A DNA stretch of 64,000 nt, taken from sequence record ON286972.1; one strand, 5' to 3'. Positions 34,787 to 44,223 of this stretch are shown here, in pieces (within the stretch, counting starts at the first letter, position 1; every line of letters starts with the position of its first letter). A model generated the notes under the pieces. It searched no databases. It had not been told where the DNA came from and worked only from the letters and a program-made list of their open reading frames with translations. The position numbers and the translations under genes were made by a program.

Positions 34787-35253
34787 AGAGTGCTGTACAG
34801 TACGTTAAGTACATTGAAGGTGTATACAATATAATGAAAGCATATGAAGGAAAAGGATATGCTTCAATAAATCACAAATATGATTACATCAACAATCAGT
34901 TAGAAGAATCAAATTCAGGTAAAGTGCTTTTTAGTTTTTTATATTTTGCTCCTGACAATGTATATCCTGATGAAGATGATCTTCGTCTGGATAGAGATGA
35001 CCTGTGGTATATGTATCCAGGACGTGATAAGCCAATGGATGATGCTTTGTTGGAAATCAAATACAGTACAGAACCATTGACACCGGAGTTGTGGTTCCAG
35101 TACAGTACAATACATGAAGAAATTGATATCTTTTTCTACGCAATATACAAGATGCTTTATGAGAATGGTGTGCTTAAGAATCATGTATATTTTTATTTCC
35201 AGCAAATGAAAAATGTATATGAGTCCTTTTACCCAACCGAGCCTGTATCGTAA
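34756..35253 (+). CDS. FQxS family C protein
   Basis: PELWFQYSTIHE. Confidence 0.8.
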   Translation: MQKCKVEFSLESAVQYVKYIEGVYNIMKAYEGKGYASINHKYDYINNQLEESNSGKVLFSFLYFAPDNVYPDEDDLRLDRDDLWYMYPGRDKPMDDALLEIKYSTEPLTPELWFQYSTIHEEIDIFFYAIYKMLYENGVLKNHVYFYFQQMKNVYESFYPTEPVS

Positions 35254-35307
35254 GATATGGGCTTTTTTCGTTTTGGTATTGACATAGAAGACCAAAGCTG
35301 TTATCAT
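35240..35307 (+). promoter_or_regulatory. terminator hairpin followed by sigma70 promoter
   Basis: GCCTGTATC-GTAA-GATATGGGC-TTTTTT; TTGACA-17-TATCAT. Confidence 0.7.
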
Positions 35308-35333
35308 GTGTATTCATTTTAAAGGAGACATTT

Positions 35334-35858
35334 ATGGCGAGTTTCATGATCCCAAGTACATACGAAGATGCATCAAGTGCAGTGTATAAGGTTCATTATA
35401 TTTTTAATTTAATTATTAGTGCATCAAAAAATAAAATGTATGCACCTCTTGTGAAATATGATAAAAATGAGGAAATTTTTGTTAGCACAGAACAAACGAT
35501 TTTTCCATATTTCAAAGAAGATAGATTGTGGTTCATGCATTCAGTCGTATTACAAAGATATAATATAACAAGGTCCAATGAGCATGATTATTTGGATATA
35601 CAATTAGATCAACCCGATATTGGAGAGGATGAATATTTTCAGTACAGCACAGTACACCACCATGAAGATATCTTTGCTGCTATGCTTATTGCTAAATTGA
35701 ACACCGTTGATTTGGAGCAGCACAAATACAATAATAAATCATGTAAGATCATAATCCCTGCATTCATTGCTCTTTATGATTACATTGTGCATAACAAAAA
35801 AGATGATACCTATGCTTTCAATGAAGAGTATTTGGATTTTTTTAAGGAGAACATATGA
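35334..35858 (+). CDS. FQxS family C protein
   Basis: EDEYFQYSTVHH; SD AAGGAG. Confidence 0.85.
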   Translation: MASFMIPSTYEDASSAVYKVHYIFNLIISASKNKMYAPLVKYDKNEEIFVSTEQTIFPYFKEDRLWFMHSVVLQRYNITRSNEHDYLDIQLDQPDIGEDEYFQYSTVHHHEDIFAAMLIAKLNTVDLEQHKYNNKSCKIIIPAFIALYDYIVHNKKDDTYAFNEEYLDFFKENI

Positions 35859-36379
35859 GCAGTTCAACAATACAGAAAGCAATGACATTCAATGAAATTG
35901 GTGCATTTAAAGATAAGATTATTGATTGTATTGAATACGCGATTTGTAGTAATATCAAAAGTATAGAGGTATTTAACAAGTCAAATCGCTCTTACCATAT
36001 GATGTACATTGCAAACAATAATGGTATCATTCCATTTGTTTCGGATAGTACAATATGGTTCGCTTGCGATGTGAAAAAATACACAATAGGTTCATATGTC
36101 TTCGGTAAACATGGTGATCTAATTATTCCTGAGCATTGTATGCAAGAAGAAGAATATTTTCAAAAGCAATGTGTACATGAACCATTAGAGATGGTTGCTT
36201 TATATATGATACCTTATATCTCTAAATGTGTTCATGAGAATAAAGCTCCGTGGAATCATGAATTTGTATCGTTGAAGTTATTGTATAATGTTTTAGTACA
36301 ATATTATGATTACAGGCACAATGGTACAATCAGTGATGTATGGGATTTCGAAAATTTAAGGGTAAGTACATATGCATAA
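35855..36379 (+). CDS. FQxS family C protein
   Basis: EEEYFQKQCVHE. Confidence 0.8.
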   Translation: MSSSTIQKAMTFNEIGAFKDKIIDCIEYAICSNIKSIEVFNKSNRSYHMMYIANNNGIIPFVSDSTIWFACDVKKYTIGSYVFGKHGDLIIPEHCMQEEEYFQKQCVHEPLEMVALYMIPYISKCVHENKAPWNHEFVSLKLLYNVLVQYYDYRHNGTISDVWDFENLRVSTYA

Positions 36380-37010
36380 TTTTCCCAGAAATGCTTCACC
36401 GTATGAGGTGATGAAGTTCATGGAGCCTCATGTTCCTTATATGTTTGAAATGCTAAAGAAGTTCAATGCTATTTTCCCTGAGAATTCAAAATTGGAGATT
36501 CCATTTGATTCCGCATCCAGATACAGTGCATCCTGTGGTAAATTAGTTTTAGTTATCGGTAGTGACAGAATTGGTTTCAGGGAAGTATTTGACACGTCAT
36601 TAGCATTTGGTATATTCGATAACAACAATAACATCACATACATTGACAAGTACATTTGCGACATAGCAGGTTCCTCTAAGCCTGATTCCTTTGTGGATTC
36701 AGTTGCAGATTATGGTGTTTCAAAAGATGGTAATGTAATAAGTACAAAGACGTTCATATCATTATCGTTAGAAGATGACATATGTTACATTGCAGGTCAA
36801 GAGTACGAGGGTGTAGAGGAAGTGCTTTTTCAAATGTCCTTAGTACAGAAGGATATGGTGGACCCTACCGAAATCCTGAAGTTGTGCAAATATGCGAATG
36901 AGTACAAGAAATTGATTGAACCTGGGTTTAGTTTCAGTGCACAGAGTCCACATTTTCAGATAAAAGTATATGAAGATTTCATTTTGAAGTTAAAAGAGAT
37001 TGTGTTATAA
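36372..37010 (+). CDS. FQxS family C protein
   Basis: EEVLFQMSLV. Confidence 0.8.
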   Translation: MHNFPRNASPYEVMKFMEPHVPYMFEMLKKFNAIFPENSKLEIPFDSASRYSASCGKLVLVIGSDRIGFREVFDTSLAFGIFDNNNNITYIDKYICDIAGSSKPDSFVDSVADYGVSKDGNVISTKTFISLSLEDDICYIAGQEYEGVEEVLFQMSLVQKDMVDPTEILKLCKYANEYKKLIEPGFSFSAQSPHFQIKVYEDFILKLKEIVL

Positions 37011-37053
37011 TACGCTATAACATGCAATAACACACAATACAACAAAGACGGGA

Positions 37054-37599
37054 GTGATTGATATGATCCAGCACAAACATTTTGAGTACGAGTTCGCTGA
37101 CAATTTAGTAAAAATCGTACAGGCGTTTGAGGCTGGGGATTTTGACCACATCTATCCTAAGCACAAGGAAGGATGGCTTGAGCCTAAGAGCGATATTGAA
37201 CAGTATCCCTCTATTGTGTATTACAGGAGAGATACGGTAATGCACGCTGTAGGTGAGAAGATGCAGTTAGAGTATTGTCTTTTGTTCAATGCTATTACAT
37301 CGGCTACATCAGCATCTGAAGAGTTCGCTCCAGTGAATTGGATTCGTTATTTGGATATGAGCAAGAGAGAGGAAGAAACCTTTTTTGGTTTAACAAAGCA
37401 CGTTGATATTGCAACCTTAAATCCTAACATCCTGAGTCCTGAAGAATATTTTCAGGAGTCCTTAGTACAAGATCCTTATGTTTTACAGGTGCAGCAAGTA
37501 TATAATGTATTACGTGCTAATGTGAAAACGAATTTCTTTTTAGCTTTAACGTGGTACGATAGGTTAGTAAAAGATCTCAAAGAGATTAAGGGGGAGTAA
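37054..37599 (+). CDS. FQxS family C protein
   Basis: PEEYFQESLVQD; start may be 37063. Confidence 0.8.
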   Translation: MIDMIQHKHFEYEFADNLVKIVQAFEAGDFDHIYPKHKEGWLEPKSDIEQYPSIVYYRRDTVMHAVGEKMQLEYCLLFNAITSATSASEEFAPVNWIRYLDMSKREEETFFGLTKHVDIATLNPNILSPEEYFQESLVQDPYVLQVQQVYNVLRANVKTNFFLALTWYDRLVKDLKEIKGE

Positions 37600-38165
37600 T
37601 GCTGGACCTTCAGGACATAGAAAGTACATGCAAAGTGATAGAAGATGATTTAGAATACATCAAGGGGTTGTATTTAATTGTAGATAGGATTTACAAAAAT
37701 CCGAATGCGTTTCAGGAAACGTACCAGCATGATAAATTTCGTCACGATGCAATCATTACGCTTATGTCGGATTTATCGATTTACGAAAGAAAATCCAACA
37801 AATCACATAGTGTATTATTTGTGAGTACAGATAGATTTTACAGTACAACATCAATTTGTTCAGATGTATCATGTGCATGGTTCAGTTCAAATGAATATAT
37901 AACAGTTAAAAATAATGGCGAAAATGAGAAATTAAAAGTAAGTGAGCTTATTGATTTGATGCCATATAGTCCTGATGTAGTGTTTCAGTACAGTACATTG
38001 CACGATTATAATTCAATACGATATCGTTATTTTGTTAAGCATTATTATGATACCTTCGGGGAGTTAACGGAGAAGTTAACGTTGAGATTTGACAGAGATA
38101 TCGATCTCGTTGCATTGAATCAGTACCTTCAGGAAGTGTTTGATATAAACGCGGAAAAGGGGTAA
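37599..38165 (+). CDS. FQxS family C protein
   Basis: PDVVFQYSTLHD. Confidence 0.8.
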   Translation: MLDLQDIESTCKVIEDDLEYIKGLYLIVDRIYKNPNAFQETYQHDKFRHDAIITLMSDLSIYERKSNKSHSVLFVSTDRFYSTTSICSDVSCAWFSSNEYITVKNNGENEKLKVSELIDLMPYSPDVVFQYSTLHDYNSIRYRYFVKHYYDTFGELTEKLTLRFDRDIDLVALNQYLQEVFDINAEKG

Positions 38166-38240
38166 TTTTAAAATGATAAATATAGGCTTGTTTTTGGGGG
38201 CGTTTTGGGGGGTCAAAAAAATTTTCGCTGAAAAACATGT

Positions 38241-38262
38241 NNNNNNNNNNNNNNNNNNNNNN
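38241..38262. other. assembly gap (22 N) with low-complexity flanks
   Basis: N-run; homopolymer-rich flanks at 38165-38340 look like low-quality sequence. Confidence 0.95.
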
Positions 38263-38379
38263 ATTTTATATTGTGTTTTTCAGAGTACAGTTCATGTTTC
38301 CTTAAACAAAAAATACCCCCCGCCGCCGAACGTGCTCCTTATATTGGAGTTTACCTTATTAATTATAGTAGAGGTTATT

Positions 38380-38736
38380 ATGAGCAATGATTTTGCTATT
38401 CACAGTTTTTTCTACAAAAAGGTTGAGTTCTATTGTAATCTCGTTAAGGGTGATACCAATCATTCGTTGGACCAATATATTAAGTACACCTCAAATGGAT
38501 TTTCTTTTGTTGATTACGGTCGAGTTGGTGGTGGTGTTAATGAACCTATGCTGGACTATACAGAAATGGATGAGGCTACTCTATTTCAGGAATCATTAGT
38601 GTTCGATAAGAAATATATTTGTACACTAGATGAAGTTATTGGTATTCAGAATATCATGAAAGAATACTCTGCGAAGTGCATGATGGAATTAACTCAAGAT
38701 AAGCACAAGACTGTTCAGTGCTATTTCAATCTTTAG
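38380..38736 (+). CDS. FQxS family C protein
   Basis: SD GAGG at ATG 38380; DEATLFQESLVFD. Confidence 0.8.
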   Translation: MSNDFAIHSFFYKKVEFYCNLVKGDTNHSLDQYIKYTSNGFSFVDYGRVGGGVNEPMLDYTEMDEATLFQESLVFDKKYICTLDEVIGIQNIMKEYSAKCMMELTQDKHKTVQCYFNL

Positions 38737-38747
38737 GGGTCTTAACT

Positions 38748-39092
38748 ATGACATACAATGAATACCGTGAAATAGATCTTCTCCAGAATACATTATATGA
38801 AATTGAAGATTTAATGCACGGATGGACAAGTCTTTCTTTCTTTAATGAAATGTTCGAAGAAATAAAAGTAGTACTACAGAAAAAACATAATGGTACTAAA
38901 ATTAAAATAAAGACTTTCACTGGAGAAGTCTGGTGCGGAGAAATTGTGAAATACATTATAACTCGCAATAACGCATCATTCTGTTTGAATACTGGTCATT
39001 ACAGAAATCATTTCAACAATAGCAGTACTCAAGTTATTTCCGAGGAAGAATACAATGAGCACTGTAATAAACTTCTTAAGAGTAGATTCTAA
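38748..39092 (+). CDS. hypothetical protein
   Basis: SD AGGGG; start adjusted. Confidence 0.75.
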   Translation: MTYNEYREIDLLQNTLYEIEDLMHGWTSLSFFNEMFEEIKVVLQKKHNGTKIKIKTFTGEVWCGEIVKYIITRNNASFCLNTGHYRNHFNNSSTQVISEEEYNEHCNKLLKSRF

Positions 39093-39418
39093 TGAATACT
39101 AAAATATATGTTTCTTCAAGTACAATGGGAAGTGGTTTTACTTATACGTGCTTTTTTACTACATTGAATAAAACACCTATATTGATTATTCGTGATTTCA
39201 ATGAATGTAATATTGAGTACGTATCCAAAACAGATAAGCTTCCTAATTACATCGAATGTGAATACATGGAGAACTATGAAAGTTTTATATTTCAGGAATC
39301 ATTAGTATGGGATAAAGAAATCGATTTCTTTATGTACCTTGCATTACAAAAGTACTACAGAGATAACAAGGACAAAATAGTTCGTTCTTGCATTTATTCT
39401 ATTAATCTGGAGTACTGA
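39092..39418 (+). CDS. FQxS family C protein
   Basis: ESFIFQESLVWD. Confidence 0.8.
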   Translation: MNTKIYVSSSTMGSGFTYTCFFTTLNKTPILIIRDFNECNIEYVSKTDKLPNYIECEYMENYESFIFQESLVWDKEIDFFMYLALQKYYRDNKDKIVRSCIYSINLEY

Positions 39419-39588
39419 TGCTTAAAAAAGAACAAATGGAATCATTAATGAATGCAGTTATTCGTCGTTTTGTTAAAGACATTAGTCATAAAAACTGTAT
39501 TACAAATGACAGGTACGGTATAGAATTGTATATAGCTAATATTCACATGGCGTACAGAGAATATATTAAGACACGTCACAGGGGTTGA
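39418..39588 (+). CDS. small hypothetical protein (56 aa)
   Basis: TGATG overlap; translated by hand. Confidence 0.65.
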   Translation: MLKKEQMESLMNAVIRRFVKDISHKNCITNDRYGIELYIANIHMAYREYIKTRHRG

Positions 39589-39589
39589 A

Positions 39590-40072
39590 ATGAGTTTAGA
39601 AAGTGCATTGAAAGAAGCAAAGAAGATTCATGAGTACATGAATATGGCAAAAGAAGGTTCAGTTTACGGTATTTTCAAAGACACAAGTACTCAATATTAT
39701 GTCTCTGATAACCTCATTGATAATGACTTCCCAGATACAGAAACGTGCGTACTAGATACCGACCCTAATGATTATGAATGTTTCATTGATATGCATAATG
39801 AGTACATGGTCTATGTTAATGATGGAGATATTACCATCTACAGTACTGTCCACGATACCGATGACATTATAATTCCGTGTGCAGTACTGGATGGTCCTTG
39901 GGATAGTGAAGAGTATTACTTCCAACAAAGTACTGTATACAATGAAGAAGAACTTGATTGTATTGTAATTATGTGGTACTTTAAAAGTATTGGTTCTGAG
40001 AACTTCTATTTCGATTACAGATACGTAAAGAAAACTGTAGATAACGGTATTAATAAACTTCACAGGGGTTGA
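39590..40072 (+). CDS. FQxS family C, MSLESA subfamily
   Basis: VLDGPWDSEEYYFQQSTVY. Confidence 0.85.
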   Translation: MSLESALKEAKKIHEYMNMAKEGSVYGIFKDTSTQYYVSDNLIDNDFPDTETCVLDTDPNDYECFIDMHNEYMVYVNDGDITIYSTVHDTDDIIIPCAVLDGPWDSEEYYFQQSTVYNEEELDCIVIMWYFKSIGSENFYFDYRYVKKTVDNGINKLHRG

Positions 40073-40073
40073 A

Positions 40074-40544
40074 ATGAGTTTAGAAAGAGCATTAGAGATT
40101 GCGAAGTTAATTGATTTATGCAGCAAAGAAATTGTATCAAATTGTCTCAATGGATATCTATTCAAGGAAGGTAAATCATATTGTCGAATGATATACGATG
40201 ACAGTAGTGAATATATTCATATGTATGAAGAAAATTTAGATTCTTCTGAAACAACACTCATTGGATGTGATGTTAATTTGGAAGATAATTACATGTACTT
40301 CTGTCGTGATGCTGATATTTTAATCCAAGATTCATTTATTCAAACAGGTGCACCAGAGGTATATATTCCGTATTCAGTACTGGATAATGACTGGGGAAGT
40401 GAAGAGTTCTACTTCCAGCAGAATACTATCTACGAGGAAGATGTGCTTGACAAGCTTGTCATTCTGTGGTACTTTAACAACACTGATTGTCCTAGCTTCT
40501 ATATGGACTTGGATCTATTACGAGTTATAAAAGAGGATATATGA
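40074..40544 (+). CDS. FQxS family C, MSLESA subfamily
   Basis: VLDNDWGSEEFYFQQNTIY. Confidence 0.85.
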   Translation: MSLERALEIAKLIDLCSKEIVSNCLNGYLFKEGKSYCRMIYDDSSEYIHMYEENLDSSETTLIGCDVNLEDNYMYFCRDADILIQDSFIQTGAPEVYIPYSVLDNDWGSEEFYFQQNTIYEEDVLDKLVILWYFNNTDCPSFYMDLDLLRVIKEDI

Positions 40545-40984
40545 GTTTAGTAAGTGCACTTGAACTGGCACACAAAATACATCACTTCCACGATAACATA
40601 AAAAGTGGGTTCTATGGTGATAAAGTAAGTGCTTTTGGTAATGAGTATTATCTATCAGGTATAAAGACATACTCTGCTGATATTTTACTTATGGGTCATG
40701 ATAAAGACAATACTATACAGTACTCTTCATGTAGTCAATATACTAGTTTTATGGTATATATTCCAGGTACTAAGATTACTTTTGACACATCAAATTCACC
40801 TGTTGACTTCGGGGTACTTGATGGCCCGTGGGGTACTGAAGAGTATTACTTCCAACAGAGTCTCATTTTTAACCAAGAAATGCTTGATTCCTTGGTTGTG
40901 TTGTGGTACTTTAAGGAATTGAATTTTGAACCATTCTTTCTTGACTGGGGAGCATGTGAATATTTAAGTACAGGGGATTTGTAA
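40541..40984 (+). CDS. FQxS family C, MSLESA subfamily
   Basis: VLDGPWGTEEYYFQQSLIF. Confidence 0.85.
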   Translation: MSLVSALELAHKIHHFHDNIKSGFYGDKVSAFGNEYYLSGIKTYSADILLMGHDKDNTIQYSSCSQYTSFMVYIPGTKITFDTSNSPVDFGVLDGPWGTEEYYFQQSLIFNQEMLDSLVVLWYFKELNFEPFFLDWGACEYLSTGDL

Positions 40985-41439
40985 TGTCGTTACAAAGTGC
41001 ATTGAAAGAAGCAAAGAAGATTCATGAGTACATGATTAAGGTCAAAGGTGGAGAAATTCCAGGTATCTTCAAAATGTCAGAGACTGAATATTGCACGAAG
41101 AATATTGAGGATTTTGATGGTTCTGATACATTAGTACTGCAATGTGATGATTATGATCATGATAATTGTGGTTATAACCCTTTGTACTACTTTATCAATT
41201 ACTACCCAGGGTCAGATATAACCGTATACAACCCTGATTATTATGCTAAAGATTTGACAATTCCGTTTTCAGTACTGGATGGTCCGTGGGATAGTGAAGA
41301 GTATTACTTTCAGCAAAGTACTGTATATACTGAACATGAACTCGATACTCTGGTCATTATGTGGTACTTTAAAAGTATAGATTCAACATGTTTCTATATG
41401 GATTATGAATACATAGAGACACAGAAATATAAGAGGTAA
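40984..41439 (+). CDS. FQxS family C, MSLESA subfamily
   Basis: VLDGPWDSEEYYFQQSTVY. Confidence 0.85.
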   Translation: MSLQSALKEAKKIHEYMIKVKGGEIPGIFKMSETEYCTKNIEDFDGSDTLVLQCDDYDHDNCGYNPLYYFINYYPGSDITVYNPDYYAKDLTIPFSVLDGPWDSEEYYFQQSTVYTEHELDTLVIMWYFKSIDSTCFYMDYEYIETQKYKR

Positions 41440-41444
41440 TTGTA

Positions 41445-41891
41445 ATGTTTTTTTATTATTATGAAGTAAATGATAAGTTGGTTCAGGATATTGTACAAAT
41501 AATCAAGTACTTCAATGATAATCCTAACGTATTGGGTAGTGAGCTTGAATACGAGAAAGGTGGGTGTGTATATTTTACTTTCTGTGGTGGGTGCTCGGAA
41601 GAGCAATCATTTTTCAATTCTTATTCAAATTACATCTCCTATAATGCACTTGCAGACGAGTTGATTGTGGTACGTGACAGTAGTGATGACCGTACAGTGT
41701 ATACCAGAGAGACAATACAAAGTGTAGGTAATGAAGAAGGATACTTTCAATTGAGTACAGTACTGAATCATGAAGAACTACATGTATTACGTTTGTTTTA
41801 TCTTATTAGTACTATGAACTTGAAGCACGATCAGGTATACATTGATTTAGATTACTTTGAGTACTTACGTAAGATTAGTTCTAAAAAATAA
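41445..41891 (+). CDS. FQxS family C protein
   Basis: EEGYFQLSTV. Confidence 0.8.
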   Translation: MFFYYYEVNDKLVQDIVQIIKYFNDNPNVLGSELEYEKGGCVYFTFCGGCSEEQSFFNSYSNYISYNALADELIVVRDSSDDRTVYTRETIQSVGNEEGYFQLSTVLNHEELHVLRLFYLISTMNLKHDQVYIDLDYFEYLRKISSKK

Positions 41892-41901
41892 GTTCATGCT
41901 A

Positions 41902-41929
41902 TTGACAAGAGCCTGTACTGTGTTACAAT
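41902..41929 (+). promoter_or_regulatory. sigma70-type promoter
   Basis: TTGACA-16-TACAAT with TGn. Confidence 0.65.
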
Positions 41930-41963
41930 GCACAGTAATATTAATTAAAAAGGTGCACATGAA

Positions 41964-42497
41964 ATGATTATTAATGCTTACAATGCTGAGGAAATGCAGG
42001 AATTATCTCGTAAAATCAACATTATAGTTCCTTTGCTTAAGGATTGCAGTACTGGTTTGATTCCATCACGAGACATTATTAAAGAAGGATACTACCTACA
42101 GGCAGTCTATAAGGGTGGTACATTTCATCGTTGTCGTGTATTACGTGATGGCCTTCCTGCACTTACACTCATTGGTATTGGTATTGCCGTATGCGGTACG
42201 AACCGTTTGTACTTGAATGAAAAAAATCAAATCATGAATTTGTTTTATACAGGAAAAAGTACTGAATTATATTTTGGTATTCAGAACTGGTGGGATACCG
42301 TAAAGAGTAGTACTATTGAAATCCCGAAATACAATTACAACTCATTTGAAGAGCAGATGTTTCAATTGTCATGTACTGATGACATGTACATGATTCTACG
42401 TCTCTATATGGAGATGCAAATGAACTTCAGAAGTAATTTATACATTGATACTTCAACATTTGAATTCGAAGATGTATTCGTTGATGGTATATTATGA
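41964..42497 (+). CDS. FQxS family C protein
   Basis: EEQMFQLS. Confidence 0.8.
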   Translation: MIINAYNAEEMQELSRKINIIVPLLKDCSTGLIPSRDIIKEGYYLQAVYKGGTFHRCRVLRDGLPALTLIGIGIAVCGTNRLYLNEKNQIMNLFYTGKSTELYFGIQNWWDTVKSSTIEIPKYNYNSFEEQMFQLSCTDDMYMILRLYMEMQMNFRSNLYIDTSTFEFEDVFVDGIL

Positions 42498-42721
42498 AGT
42501 ATATTCCAAAACACCAGTACTACAGGATGTGTTCTGACATTTACACAAAATGGAATACATTTCATCCCCTTTTGAAGAAGAGGCGTCCATATCATGATTA
42601 TAAGTTGAATCATTTTCTTGGAACTAATTATCAAGAGGTTGTAATGAAAGATTACATTTTTAACCTTCAGAAATTAATTCAGAATAAAGTTCAAGGAAAG
42701 GGGGAGTCCACGTGGGTATAA
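42494..42721 (+). CDS. LGTNYQ family B protein
   Basis: FLGTNYQE. Confidence 0.8.
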   Translation: MKYIPKHQYYRMCSDIYTKWNTFHPLLKKRRPYHDYKLNHFLGTNYQEVVMKDYIFNLQKLIQNKVQGKGESTWV

Positions 42722-42918
42722 GACACAGAGACATGCAAGATATTCTTAACCAATACAGTGCTCAAATGTTCACTGCAATCAGGTCTTCCAATCAAAATGA
42801 CGTGTCGGAATTACAGTTACTGATGTACATAGGGACACAATACCAGGAGGCTTCAGTTGAGACGTATATTAAGTACCTATTGGGTATTATAAGGATGAAA
42901 AATGGACAATACTTTTGA
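42712..42918 (+). CDS. LGTNYQ family B protein
   Basis: IGTQYQE; GTG start. Confidence 0.75.
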   Translation: MGIRHRDMQDILNQYSAQMFTAIRSSNQNDVSELQLLMYIGTQYQEASVETYIKYLLGIIRMKNGQYF

Positions 42919-43138
42919 ACAAGCACCAGCATCGGATTTTAGTTATGGGTTTATTATAGATATATTTTCTGGTACTGAAGCATCTGATATACCTCTTTAT
43001 ATCTTTGCTAATATGCGTTATATTTTTCGTATTGCAGAGGACAGTGATAAATCTGATATGTCTTTTATGATTAAAAAAATCATATACTTATCGTGCTATG
43101 AATATATGAATGAAATGAGCGAACACTATGACCTATGA
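42902..43138 (+). CDS. hypothetical protein
   Basis: Tiled ORF. Confidence 0.7.
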   Translation: MDNTFEQAPASDFSYGFIIDIFSGTEASDIPLYIFANMRYIFRIAEDSDKSDMSFMIKKIIYLSCYEYMNEMSEHYDL

Positions 43139-43676
43139 TGAGATAATTTCTTTTGCAAATAAGTTAAGTACACTAACCAAATTGACGGAAGTAGTACTGC
43201 AAGATGAGCGTATACTTTCTAGGAGTGAGCTAATTGTTTCACAAAACGATTCCATGACGTATATGTCTTTCAGATCGTCAGGCCGAACAATTATTAAGTT
43301 CGGTTCTGTTCCTGAAACAAATGGAAAATTATCTATGTGCACACATAATAATGGGGAATTGTATGGATTAGTGTACAGAAAAGATTCGACAGTACTGAAT
43401 ACTTTCAATGCAGGTGCGAGTGCAGTTGATGTTACATCATTGAGTGATGTTGACAAATACATAGATTTACCACACCTTGAAATTAATGAAGAAAGTGTTT
43501 TTCAGTTAAGTACAGTGCACAATGATATTGAAGTGTTTGGTATTTCTTTATGGAATATCCTTCGTTTAAGGGATGATGCTCCTGTATTTGTATATGCAAA
43601 TTATGAAGACATTGATACTTGTATTGATGAAATGGAGAAATACATTGATCAATTTAAACAAAACTTCCACATTTGA
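43128..43676 (+). CDS. FQxS family C protein
   Basis: EESVFQLSTVH. Confidence 0.8.
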   Translation: MTYDEIISFANKLSTLTKLTEVVLQDERILSRSELIVSQNDSMTYMSFRSSGRTIIKFGSVPETNGKLSMCTHNNGELYGLVYRKDSTVLNTFNAGASAVDVTSLSDVDKYIDLPHLEINEESVFQLSTVHNDIEVFGISLWNILRLRDDAPVFVYANYEDIDTCIDEMEKYIDQFKQNFHI

Positions 43677-44223
43677 TATTCACGAGAAAGCTAAGCTACT
43701 TATCAGTACTGCTGAATATTATTACGATACAGTACTGAGTCAATCACCTTCTACATTTCGTGATTTAGTTAAATCATTTAATAAAACACAAAAAGATTGT
43801 GAGCTTTCATATAATGGTGTGAACTTTATGTATATTAAACCATATATGTCAAAGCGTGATTTGATTAAATGCAATGATGATTTCAAGATTGATCGTGATT
43901 TAAATCGTTTCTTCTACGATGTAAGAAGCAATCTGTATCAACTTACATTAAATTCCAGTACTTCTTTCATTATTGGATTGGGTAAGAATTTAGGTACTGG
44001 TACTTCATTTTATAATAAAGGTGAAGTACAAGATGTGGATCTCAATCCAAGTACTGATGTTGCATTCCAACAGGATTTGATTATGGATGTGGATTCAGCA
44101 GCTACATACAGTTCTAATGTTCTGTGCAAGGAATTTCAGAATTCCAAAATTCTTGAGTTATTGTACATTGCGGATTGCAATATACTGTACAAATTTTGTA
44201 CTCATCTGAAGGAGATTTTATGA
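43627..44223 (+). CDS. divergent FQxS family C protein
   Basis: TDVAFQQDLI; start uncertain. Confidence 0.7.
   Translation: MKWRNTLINLNKTSTFDIHEKAKLLISTAEYYYDTVLSQSPSTFRDLVKSFNKTQKDCELSYNGVNFMYIKPYMSKRDLIKCNDDFKIDRDLNRFFYDVRSNLYQLTLNSSTSFIIGLGKNLGTGTSFYNKGEVQDVDLNPSTDVAFQQDLIMDVDSAATYSSNVLCKEFQNSKILELLYIADCNILYKFCTHLKEIL

Noticed and set aside
38173-38379. 187-aa ORF spanning the N gap
   Set aside because: Artefact of the gap and low-quality flanks; the real start is ATG 38380 with an SD.
31333-38554. Restriction-site (ScaI) avoidance or codon bias as the cause of the ACT desert
   Set aside because: The loss covers every ACT in all frames and intergenic DNA on one strand only, while AGT is abundant. 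dsDNA palindrome avoidance would be symmetric, and codon bias would be frame-specific.
31333-38554. E. coli MazF or ChpBK as the selecting nuclease
   Set aside because: ACA and ACG, their other targets, are abundant in the block.
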